From: an archaeon
Lineage (GTDB): Archaea; Asgardarchaeota; Thorarchaeia; Thorarchaeales; Thorarchaeaceae
Direction of reading: 5' to 3'
DNA length: 64,000 nt
Assembly: GCA_024276825.1 (NCBI GenBank)
Contig: JAJRWI010000037.1
Coordinates: forward strand, 28,786-92,785
In this document: positions 21,726-30,401 of the stretch, piece by piece
Numbering within the stretch: position 1 is the stretch's first letter
Layout of the letters: the number at the start of each line of letters is the position of its first letter
Position numbers and translations under genes: made by a program
Notes under the pieces: model-generated
The model's database searches: none
What the model saw: only the letters and a program-made list of their open reading frames with translations
What the model was told of the DNA's origin: nothing

Positions 21726-22429
21726 GTTGATCCTGTAATTAGCAGATTATGTCCATCCCCAAATCTAGGCATTATGGCATGCCCATCATCATCCTGTTCA
21801 CCATAAGGGCGTTGGCCCCTAAATGCAAACCTTCTCCTTACAATATGATCTCTCTCTTCATTGATTATAACTCTCTCTCGTGAATGTGCAACAACCTCAT
21901 CAGTGAGAAGAACTACTGGGTGTCGCAGGTATTCTGATATGCGAAATGCTTTGATTGTCAACTCAAAAGTTTCTTGTGCTGAATTCGGAGCAAGAACAAC
22001 ACTCTCATAATCTCCGTGAGTGCCCCATCTTGATTGCATGATGTCCCCTTGCGCAACTTTCGTTGCTTGCCCAGTACTTGGGCCTGCTCTCTGGACATCA
22101 ACAATTACAATTGGGGTCTCAGTCATGGCAGCATATCCGATATTCTCCTGCATGAGACTGAATCCGGGCCCTGAAGTAGCAGTCATTGATAAGACACCTC
22201 CCCAAGAGGCTCCGATTATTGCTGAGATCGCTCCAATCTCATCCTCCATCTGAAGATAGACGCCTCCAAGTTCTGGCAACTTGAGTGACATTATCTCTGC
22301 AATTTCAGAGGCAGGAGTGATTGGGTATCCTGCAAAAAACCTGCATCCTGCAGCAATTGCAGCCTCTGCACATGCTTGATTTCCCTGCCAAAAATGCACA
22401 CCATCACTTTTTCTGGTCATGAGCAGCAC
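21290..22429 (-). CDS. korA: 2-oxoacid:ferredoxin oxidoreductase alpha subunit
   Basis: GYPITPASE, QMEDEI, TATSGPGFSLMQE, QRAGPSTG. Confidence 0.9.
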   Translation of the reverse strand: MLLMTRKSDGVHFWQGNQACAEAAIAAGCRFFAGYPITPASEIAEIMSLKLPELGGVYLQMEDEIGAISAIIGASWGGVLSMTATSGPGFSLMQENIGYAAMTETPIVIVDVQRAGPSTGQATKVAQGDIMQSRWGTHGDYESVVLAPNSAQETFELTIKAFRISEYLRHPVVLLTDEVVAHSRERVIINEERDHIVRRRFAFRGQRPYGEQDDDGHAIMPRFGDGHNLLITGSTHDLQGFRKTSDPKVHNDLVRRINNKIRNNLDSLTDVIISGPERAEWGIISFGSTSRAVEELLFDENISSKIRSLRLRAIWPFPDRVIEEFSNTVDRILVPELNLGQLSREVQRASAGDVEVVMLNKIGGGLMIDPDEIISVLTS

Positions 22430-22490
22430 TCAATGAAACTCCCACTTAATCATTTGATAAAGCTTCACATATGAAATCTCAAAAGTCATA

Positions 22491-22664
22491 GACAGCCTGA
22501 ACTTGTTCAAACTTGTCATTGGAGGATGAATCAGTCTGAACAAGGATCATGCGTTTCCATCTTCTGAGAGTGGAAGTTGAAACACCTGTTTCTTTGCCAT
22601 GACTTCTGCTCTGACCAACATGACATCTTTGCACAAGTTTTCCACTTCTGAATCTCACAGTCCG
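22491..22664 (-). mobile_element. IS607-derived mini-element, copy E (shortest class)
   Basis: The reverse strand reads GVSTSTLRRW joined at (G)AAACGCA to the right-end hairpin CTTGTTCAGAC...GTTTGAACAAG and the terminus CAGGCTGTC. Confidence 0.8.
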
Positions 22665-22699
22665 ATATTCTTTTATCAATATCAACAATCATTGGACCA

Positions 22700-22804
22700 G
22701 CGACCGTAGTCTAGTTTGGTTAGGACGGAGGCCTCCCAAGCCTCCAACCCGGGACGGCTTTGTGCATACACGCCGCGGGAATTCAAATCCCGGCGGTCGC
22801 ACCA
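22700..22804 (+). tRNA. tRNA-Gly(CCC) with 28-nt intron at 53/54 (22754-22781)
   Basis: Anticodon arm GAGGC-CTCCCAA-GCCTC. BHB: CCCG/CGGG helix with GG|A and AA|T bulges; removal restores CCGGG-TTCAAAT-CCCGG. Confidence 0.9.
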
Positions 22805-22845
22805 CCTTTGCAATTATATTTATGAATATTAGCTATCTGCAGTCT

Positions 22846-22925
22846 TGTGGCGAGTAATGATTGGTATGACCCCTATGAGTTTGTTTCGAACAATGATATG
22901 GATCTTGAGTGCTGAACTCGCCACA
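22846..22925 (+). ncRNA. Candidate box C/D guide sRNA
   Basis: 10-bp terminal stem TGTGGCGAGT/ACTCGCCACA, C-like ATGATT, C'-like ATGATA, D box CTGA at 22912, TATA-like tract about 25-30 nt upstream. Guide is complementary to a Leu(CAA)-type anticodon loop. Confidence 0.6.
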
Positions 22926-23025
22926 CATTACTTTCGGCCACCTCTATTACTAATGTTCATTTAAACGAACAACGCACGCAATCCTTAAAAGAACATGTTC
23001 TCCAAAATACCATGGGCAAGGGACA

Positions 23026-24222
23026 ATGCACGATTTTATGGAAGATGAGCTCAATAGACCATCCGTAATCAAGAATGAATACTATCTGTCCATTGACTAT
23101 GTTCCAGATAATCTCCCCCATCGCGATAAAGAACTCCGAACTCTTGCACAGGGATTTAAAGTCCTAATCAACTCTCCTGGAAAGACCAGCTTGAAATACA
23201 TCATTGAGGGTCCTGTTGGCACAGGAAAGACTGCTGTTGCTAAATTGTTTGCTGATAAGATAATATCATCAGCAAATCTCAGGGGGATAAACTTGCATCA
23301 AATCCATATCAACTGTAGGATAAATAAAAGCCCCTACTTAATATATCTAAAGATATTACGAAAATTCCGACCCAATTTCCCCCGCAGAGGGCACTCTCCA
23401 GAAGAAGTACTGCAGATGATTATTGAAATCCTTGATCAAAACGATCTCTACTTGTTATTGATTCTGGATGAACTTGATTACTTTATTAAACAAAAGGGCG
23501 CTGATATCCTCTACGATTTGACCCGACTAATGGATGACCGACTAAATGAACCTCAGCGCATATCCATAATTGGAATAGGCAGAAGAATTCGTCTAGACGA
23601 GAGTGTGTTCGACCTGAGTACACTTAGTACTCTACAACAAAACATAATACGCTTTGACAAATACACAGTTCAAGAACTCTATGACATACTGAAATACCGT
23701 GTTCAACTTGCCTTTGAAGAAGATGTAGTAATGGATGAAACATTACAAGTAATATGTGACATCGCATCTGAGCGTGGAGACGCGCGATATGCTATTGAAT
23801 TGTTATGGCGTGCAGGAAAACAGGCTGATGCATTAAATTCTAAAAAAGTAATTCCTGATTATGCTAGGCGTGCAAAGTCTGACACACATCCCGAATTGAG
23901 ACGCGAAATATTTTCTGCCTTACCCTTTCACAACCAACTATTATTGATAGCGGCGGCTAGAATATTAAAGGAATCATGTAGTGCTTATGCAACCATAGGT
24001 GAGGTTGAAGACATGTACCATTCAGTTTGTGAGGAATATAATGAAGAACCACGTGCTCATACGCAAATATGGGAATGGGTCCAAGACTTATCAGCCCATG
24101 GTATAATCAGCTCAAAACGATCTGGGCAAGGGCAGCGCGGGCAGACAACCTTGATTGGTATATCCGATGTCCCAGCTGATCTATTGGAGCAATTCCTACT
24201 GAGTTTCATTGAAAACCGGTGA
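23026..24222 (+). CDS. cdc6: Orc1/Cdc6 replication initiator
   Basis: YVPDNLPHR, GPVGTGKT, LDELD, GDARYAI, C-terminal wHTH with G.RGQT. Confidence 0.95.
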   Translation: MHDFMEDELNRPSVIKNEYYLSIDYVPDNLPHRDKELRTLAQGFKVLINSPGKTSLKYIIEGPVGTGKTAVAKLFADKIISSANLRGINLHQIHINCRINKSPYLIYLKILRKFRPNFPRRGHSPEEVLQMIIEILDQNDLYLLLILDELDYFIKQKGADILYDLTRLMDDRLNEPQRISIIGIGRRIRLDESVFDLSTLSTLQQNIIRFDKYTVQELYDILKYRVQLAFEEDVVMDETLQVICDIASERGDARYAIELLWRAGKQADALNSKKVIPDYARRAKSDTHPELRREIFSALPFHNQLLLIAAARILKESCSAYATIGEVEDMYHSVCEEYNEEPRAHTQIWEWVQDLSAHGIISSKRSGQGQRGQTTLIGISDVPADLLEQFLLSFIENR

Positions 24223-24229
24223 TTGCATT

Positions 24230-24511
24230 ATGACTTCCAACATATCACGGACTGTGCCAATTGAAGAGATACTCTCCTCAAAAGGTAGAATAAAAATTCT
24301 AAAAGTACTCTCCAAAAGCTTGGAATTAAACATCTCTGAGATATGCCGACAAGTGGGACTGAATCATACGTCAACAAAATTGCATCTACAAATTCTCATA
24401 AAATCAGGATTGGTTGAGGAGAAAGTATTTGGACGCATCAAGATTTATCGCTACCGTATTGAAGATATGCGCGCACGCGCTTTACGAAACTTGCTGGAGA
24501 TCTGGGTGTAG
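24230..24511 (+). CDS. ArsR-like winged-helix protein
   Basis: LSSKGRIKIL...LNISEI....LNH....HL..L...GLVEEK.FGR; coupled to cdc6. Confidence 0.75.
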   Translation: MTSNISRTVPIEEILSSKGRIKILKVLSKSLELNISEICRQVGLNHTSTKLHLQILIKSGLVEEKVFGRIKIYRYRIEDMRARALRNLLEIWV

Positions 24512-24514
24512 ATA

Positions 24515-25330
24515 TTGATTGAAACACTAGTCCGTATTTTTTATCTTGGTACAAACTATCATGGCTCACAATGGCAGCCTGGAATCCGCACAATACATGG
24601 TGAGTTGCTAGATGCATTAAGTCAATGGCAAGACTCCACTGTGTTTCCAGATGCAGTATGTTTTGCAGGTAGAACAGACAAGGGAGTCCATAGTTTTGGC
24701 CAACTTGCTTTAATCAAATCAGAGTCTACAATCAATATTGATCGTATCAATAGATATCTTCCCCCTGATATTGTCCTTTGGGCATACCGCCCTTCGCCAA
24801 AGGGATTTAGGCCTCGGTTTGACACACTCATAAGACACTATTGCTATTTCTTTAGCCGAAACTCCAAACTCAATTTGGATGATATGAGAACAGCACTTCA
24901 ATATTTAATTGGTACTCACAACTTCTGCCAACTGTCAAAACCTGATGGCAATCGCCCTCCTATAACAACAATCCTTAATGTGTCTCTTATCGATCAAAAT
25001 GATGTTCTGTGCCTTGATATTATTGGCACTAACTTCCTCTGGAAACTTGTTCGGAAAGTCGTTACCCTAATCAATCAAATTGGATTTGGCGACTACGCTC
25101 CCTCTATTGTTCATGATATATTAGAGAACAATATCAATATTCGTGGTGGAATTGAACCAGCTCCACCAGAGGGCCTCTTCCTTATGGAGTCCGTTGTTCC
25201 CTTTACCTTCAAAACAAGCAAGAATGCAATACGCAGAATTAAATCTTTAATGAAAGACAAAATAGAATCTTTGAAACATCAACTGATATCACTCACTGCT
25301 TTCTTCAATTCTATCCTCGGCCATCAATAA
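24515..25330 (+). CDS. truA: tRNA pseudouridine(38-40) synthase
   Basis: YLGTNYHGSQ, AGRTDKGVH, FLWKLVR, APPEGL. Confidence 0.9.
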   Translation: MIETLVRIFYLGTNYHGSQWQPGIRTIHGELLDALSQWQDSTVFPDAVCFAGRTDKGVHSFGQLALIKSESTINIDRINRYLPPDIVLWAYRPSPKGFRPRFDTLIRHYCYFFSRNSKLNLDDMRTALQYLIGTHNFCQLSKPDGNRPPITTILNVSLIDQNDVLCLDIIGTNFLWKLVRKVVTLINQIGFGDYAPSIVHDILENNINIRGGIEPAPPEGLFLMESVVPFTFKTSKNAIRRIKSLMKDKIESLKHQLISLTAFFNSILGHQ

Positions 25331-26525
25331 TTGCCTTTTTGACACCTAACCACTCACTGATTTGTACCCTTATTTTTGGAGTTCTCTTGATTAAAACATC
25401 TATTAATTTAAGGTGTGTTCTTTGAATCCTTTTCTTGCTCACACCTGTAGTCATTGCTAACCTCTTAATCAGACTCATACGTTTGGTCCTTCTTCTATTT
25501 CCCTGCCAGACAAGAAGTGGCCAAGTTGGCTCTGTATATCTTACTTTTTTAAAAGAAGTTGTCTTGCGACTTGTTGCAATTCCTGCTGAGAGAAAATCAT
25601 AGACGTATGAGAGCAATCTCCAGTCTTGATTGATTGAAATCTTTCCAATTAGAAAATCAGCATTAGAAAGCGCATCGTAGGCATCCTCAAGCTCCCTTGG
25701 CAACTCTAGATGCAAATGGATGTTCTCCTCAAGCCATAAGAGCAGCTTCTCATGGTCTATATCAACCTCACTAATCACCATTTTTGCAGTTCTTGCATTG
25801 TTTGCCATCAATAGTCTCCTTATGGCATTTTCAATACCCCTTCGTACATCTCTTGAAGCAAACTCTGGCACTACAGATGTCATCCCCCCCTTGATATGAG
25901 CTTCGAGGTCTGAAATTGCTGCTCGCAGATCCCCCCTTGCATTCTCAACAATATATTCAAGCACAACATCATCAACATGAACCTGTTGACTCTCAATGAT
26001 TCGTCTTAGTACATTTAACATGTCCTTCTCTTGAATAGTTGAAAATCGAAAGACTCGTGAAACCTTAAACAAATCCTTGATTTTGGGATTATCAGGATCG
26101 TTTGCAGTCATAACGATTGGATGCAACGTTATGCTCAAAACCTTTAGAATTGCTCCAATTCCTCCTCTGTCACCAGTACCAGACAGTCCGTCAACCTCGT
26201 CGAGCAAAATGAGACGCAACTCACCCCCAAGGGTTTCTTGAGTGGCAGCCTGCATAACCTGATCCTCAATGACTGCCTTGTTCCGTTTGTCACTTGCATT
26301 AAACTCAACAATTTCCAATCCTGCATCCTTTGCCATTGCCAGTGTTGTTGCAGTTTTTCCAACTCCTGGCGGCCCAATTAGTAATGCCCCTCGTTTTTCA
26401 GGCATTTTCCTAAACCATGTGTTCAACCACTCATTGAATCCTTTGATGGCATCTCTATTTCCAACTACTTCTTTCAAGCTTGTGGGCCGATAAAGTTCAG
26501 TCCATGGTAATGTACTCTCACTCAT
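25311..26525 (-). CDS. rfcL: Replication factor C large subunit
   Basis: PWTELYRP, GPPGVGKT, EFNASDKR, DEVD, GDLRAAI. Confidence 0.93.
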   Translation of the reverse strand: MSESTLPWTELYRPTSLKEVVGNRDAIKGFNEWLNTWFRKMPEKRGALLIGPPGVGKTATTLAMAKDAGLEIVEFNASDKRNKAVIEDQVMQAATQETLGGELRLILLDEVDGLSGTGDRGGIGAILKVLSITLHPIVMTANDPDNPKIKDLFKVSRVFRFSTIQEKDMLNVLRRIIESQQVHVDDVVLEYIVENARGDLRAAISDLEAHIKGGMTSVVPEFASRDVRRGIENAIRRLLMANNARTAKMVISEVDIDHEKLLLWLEENIHLHLELPRELEDAYDALSNADFLIGKISINQDWRLLSYVYDFLSAGIATSRKTTSFKKVRYTEPTWPLLVWQGNRRRTKRMSLIKRLAMTTGVSKKRIQRTHLKLIDVLIKRTPKIRVQISEWLGVKKAIIDGRG

Positions 26526-26549
26526 TTTCTCTCACTTTACTGAATTTGC

Positions 26550-27500
26550 TTATTCTCCAGTCACTCTAGCAAGCAAAGACGTTAATTGGACTTCTCCATC
26601 TGCCCCTTCTGAAATCCTGTATTCTGCATCAGCAGTTTGTTTTAATAATCGCATTCTAATATCCTCAGGCAATTCCTCATCAATAAGTAATCGATGAATT
26701 TGTCTGACTAGATCGACAGGCGATATCCCCTGCTGATAAAGCAGACCTCTTAAAATCTCTACGCTCTCAATATACTTCTTCTCCCTTGCATTATCAAGCA
26801 TCTGCTTAATGAGCCTTGGATCGGCACGACCTGAAATTGCATAGACAATTTTTGAGGTCACCTCTTTTCCAGTTGAAGCGGCAGCCTGCAACAGATTGAT
26901 TGCGGCTCGCATATCGCCTTGAACCAGATATAGGATACTTTCTATTCCATCCTTACTTACTTTTACCCCCTCTTTTTTAGCAATGTATCCCAATCTTGCT
27001 GCAATATCCTGATCATCCAATCTGGCGAATTTAAAGATTGCACATCTGGATTGAATGGGTGGGATTATTCTACTTGAATAGTTACAAATCAGGATCATTC
27101 TACAAGATGATGCATATGCCTCCATTGTTCTTCGAAGAGCATGCTGAGCATCTGCGGTTAGATGATCTGCCTCATCAAGAACCAATATCTTAAAGGGCGC
27201 CCCACTCGCAGGAAGGGTCCTTGCAAAACTCTTGATCTGATTCCTGACAACATCTATGCCTCTCTCATCACTTGCATTGAGTTCCATGAAATTACGGTCG
27301 AAAGAATTTCCAAATAGGTCTCTTGCAAGCGCTATTGCAGCAGTTGTTTTACTGGTTCCTGGGGGGCCAGAAAAGAGACAATGCGGCAGAGCTTTTCTCT
27401 CGACAAAATTACTCAGTTTTTCAATAATTGCCTCTTGCCCCGCTACATCTTTTAATGTCTTAGGCCTATATTTCTCTGTCCACAAATCCATCTCCATCAA
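26550..27500 (-). CDS. rfcS: Replication factor C small subunit
   Basis: WTEKYRP, ELNASDERGI, DEAD, QSRC motif. Confidence 0.95.
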   Translation of the reverse strand: MMEMDLWTEKYRPKTLKDVAGQEAIIEKLSNFVERKALPHCLFSGPPGTSKTTAAIALARDLFGNSFDRNFMELNASDERGIDVVRNQIKSFARTLPASGAPFKILVLDEADHLTADAQHALRRTMEAYASSCRMILICNYSSRIIPPIQSRCAIFKFARLDDQDIAARLGYIAKKEGVKVSKDGIESILYLVQGDMRAAINLLQAAASTGKEVTSKIVYAISGRADPRLIKQMLDNAREKKYIESVEILRGLLYQQGISPVDLVRQIHRLLIDEELPEDIRMRLLKQTADAEYRISEGADGEVQLTSLLARVTGE

Positions 27501-27573
27501 GGCAAACCATCCACACTTTTATTTCATCAACTCAATATAAGGGACACAGGAAAATATTCGTTGTGCCTTTAAA

Positions 27574-28182
27574 TTGCTTGTTGAAATAGAACCACATTGG
27601 TTGGTGAAATCTATGAATCTTATACCATCTCATGAAGAAGAACTTGATCGCATTCAAATGGAATTCTTAAACGATAAGCGTGTCTGTGAGTTTCTACGAA
27701 ACACCCCAGAAATTGCCATTGGCAGCCAGACCATTGGGCCCTTTAAGAAAGGGAGTAGAGCTGAGCTTCCAAATTGGATTATTGAAATTCTCAGAAGTCA
27801 AAAAATTGCACGTCTAATACCAGCCGAAAACTATGACTCCTCAAGAGTTATTGAAAATCTATATCGTGAAGAGCAAAAAAAGAAACACGGCTCATTACAG
27901 ACCCTTCCCCCATTCCTATATACTGCAACCAATCGTCGTATCTTCCTGCTTCAATGTGACAAGACCACCTTGGATCCAGTTTCTATTGACGAGATTGAAC
28001 GCTTGCAGACCCGATTAAACTCATTAATTGAAACCCGGCAACTCAAAATCATTCGGGCTGCAACATCAAACGCGTGCTTAAAATGGCAGGCTCATCTGAC
28101 GCGAGAAGAACGAATACTATGTGAACAAATATCAAGCATAATCACCTCATGGAAAAAGCAGACAATCAGATGGAATGCATGA
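27574..28182 (+). CDS. GINS complex subunit (Gins23/Psf2-like)
   Basis: N-terminal B domain (GPFKKG...LP.W) followed by a helical A domain (LP..LY, R..KI); directly upstream of MCM. Confidence 0.7.
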   Translation: MLVEIEPHWLVKSMNLIPSHEEELDRIQMEFLNDKRVCEFLRNTPEIAIGSQTIGPFKKGSRAELPNWIIEILRSQKIARLIPAENYDSSRVIENLYREEQKKKHGSLQTLPPFLYTATNRRIFLLQCDKTTLDPVSIDEIERLQTRLNSLIETRQLKIIRAATSNACLKWQAHLTREERILCEQISSIITSWKKQTIRWNA

Positions 28183-28325
28183 GTTTCAGTTGTAGTCTTA
28201 CAGGAGCTTAAATAAGCACAACTAAAAATAATATCTGGAAGATGATTCTCCATTAGTCTGTGCAGTCACACATTACATCCATGTGAATGTAAGCAACTTT
28301 GGAGCAGATCACGAGGCGTGTCTGA

Positions 28326-30401
28326 ATGTCCGATATGCAATCTAGATTCATAGAGTTTCTACGAAATTATAAGGATGAACAAGGCAATCCAATTTATCTG
28401 TCGAAAATAAGGCAACTCTCTCTTAATGAAGAAACCTCCATTGCGGTTGATTTTCAAGACCTCTCAGCATATGATATTGGTTTCATCGATGATGCTGATA
28501 AACATCCTTATGATTTCATTGAACAGGCGAAGAACGCCTTGATTGATATTTTACGAGTGGAGGATCCTGATTATCTAAGTGACTTTGAAGATCCCTACTC
28601 AATCTTCAAGGTCAGGATTATTAATTATAGTGAATATGTGCCGCTACGAGCCATTAGATCAAGGCATATTGGGAAACTAATCAAGATCAGTGGAATAATG
28701 ATGCGAGCCAGTGAAGTCAAACCCCTCTTGCGAGTAGGAGCTTTCAGATGCAAGGCATGTAAAACATTAATATATGTCAATCAAGAAGATGGACAATACA
28801 CAGTTCCCGAATCATGTACCAACCAGGACTGCTCTTATTATGGAAAGCGACCACCAGTACGCCTAGATCCACTCGAATCAGTATTTGAGGACTGGCAGAA
28901 AGTACGAATCCAGGAATCTCCCGAAGAACTGCCCCCAGGACAGATGCCCCGGTCCATTGACGTCACCTTTCGCGGGGACATTGTAGATATATCACGTCCT
29001 GGAGATATGGTCAAAATCACTGGAATTTTGCAGACCACCCCTGACTTCTCTCGAAGAGGTGCAAAACTTGCGACATTCAATATTTACATAGAAGCCAATG
29101 GTGTTGAGGTTTCTGAGAAAGAATACGAGCAGCTAGAGATATCCGAAGAGGATGAGAATAAGATTAAGGAATTAGCCGCTGATCCTTATGTGCATGAACG
29201 CATTTTTGCATCAATTGCTCCATCAATTCAGGGCCATGAGATAATAAAGGAGTCAATCGCTCTGCTTCTTTTTGGTGGCGTTGAAAAAACTCTGCCAGAT
29301 GGCACTAGATTGAGAGGTCGCTCAAATATTCTTATGGTTGGAGATCCAGGAACTGGTAAGAGTCAGATTTTGAAATTTGTTGCTGATTTGGCATCACGTG
29401 GTCTCTATACTTCTGGAAAGGGTACAACAGCTGCTGGTCTGACAGCTGCAGTTGTACATGACACAGACACTGGAGCTATGACTTTGGAGGCTGGGGCACT
29501 TGTTCTGGCTGATCAGGGAATCGCATGCATTGATGAATTCGACAAAATGGACCCAAATGACCGTACTGCCATCCATGAAGCAATGGAACAGCACACTGTG
29601 AGCATCGCCAAGGCTGGAATTGTGGCCACACTCAACGCTAGAACTTCAATACTCGCAGCGGCAAATCCCGCCCTTGGTCGTTATGAATCATCTCTTTCTG
29701 TTCAGGACAATATAAAACTGCCATTCACGATACTGTCTCGTTTTGATTTAATCTGGATTCTGGTGGACACGGTCGAGGCAACAAAAGACAGAGAATTAGC
29801 GCAATTTATTCTTCAGATGCATCAGAGAAAAGACCCACATGAACAAGACACAACATCAATCATCCCTCCGGACTTCCTTAAAAAATACATTGGATATGCA
29901 AACCGTTATGTAATTCCACAGCTGACTGCAGAAGCAGCTGAGGAGATTGAGAACTTTTATGTAGAATTACGCAAGACCGCTGAGGGTGGGGATGCCCCCA
30001 TACCCATCACTGCACGTCAACTCGAGTCTCTTGTCCGTCTTGCCGAAGCACGTGCAAGAATGGCCTTACGCTCCAAAGTAATCAAAGAAGATGCACGAGC
30101 TGCAATTCGTCTTATGGAAGAATCACTTCGTATGGTAGCATTGGATAAAATAACTGGGAAGATCGATATTGACCAAGTTGTATCAAAGATGAGTGCATAT
30201 CAAAGGAGCACCTCTGATAAGATTCTGATGGCATTGAGATCATTTGAAGATGAAGGAATCTCCGTTGTTAATGAAGACCTCTTAATTCAACGGGTTGTTG
30301 AGCTGGGCGAGTCCAGAGAGGTGGTTGCATCTGTAATTGCAAAGCTTGAGAGCGAAGGAATACTATACCGTCCTCAAGATGGGAAGATAAAACGTGCTTA
30401 A
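28326..30401 (+). CDS. mcm: MCM replicative helicase
   Basis: GDPGTGKSQ, IDEFDKM, SRFD, ITARQLESL; no intein. Confidence 0.97.
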   Translation: MSDMQSRFIEFLRNYKDEQGNPIYLSKIRQLSLNEETSIAVDFQDLSAYDIGFIDDADKHPYDFIEQAKNALIDILRVEDPDYLSDFEDPYSIFKVRIINYSEYVPLRAIRSRHIGKLIKISGIMMRASEVKPLLRVGAFRCKACKTLIYVNQEDGQYTVPESCTNQDCSYYGKRPPVRLDPLESVFEDWQKVRIQESPEELPPGQMPRSIDVTFRGDIVDISRPGDMVKITGILQTTPDFSRRGAKLATFNIYIEANGVEVSEKEYEQLEISEEDENKIKELAADPYVHERIFASIAPSIQGHEIIKESIALLLFGGVEKTLPDGTRLRGRSNILMVGDPGTGKSQILKFVADLASRGLYTSGKGTTAAGLTAAVVHDTDTGAMTLEAGALVLADQGIACIDEFDKMDPNDRTAIHEAMEQHTVSIAKAGIVATLNARTSILAAANPALGRYESSLSVQDNIKLPFTILSRFDLIWILVDTVEATKDRELAQFILQMHQRKDPHEQDTTSIIPPDFLKKYIGYANRYVIPQLTAEAAEEIENFYVELRKTAEGGDAPIPITARQLESLVRLAEARARMALRSKVIKEDARAAIRLMEESLRMVALDKITGKIDIDQVVSKMSAYQRSTSDKILMALRSFEDEGISVVNEDLLIQRVVELGESREVVASVIAKLESEGILYRPQDGKIKRA

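Noticed and set aside
22479-22688. 69-aa ORF containing GVSTSTLRRW
   Set aside because: It is the decayed tnpA frame of mini-element E, not a standalone gene.
22805-23025. Replication origin directly upstream of cdc6
   Set aside because: No ORB-like sequence is seen; the inverted repeat there is better explained as an sRNA terminal stem.
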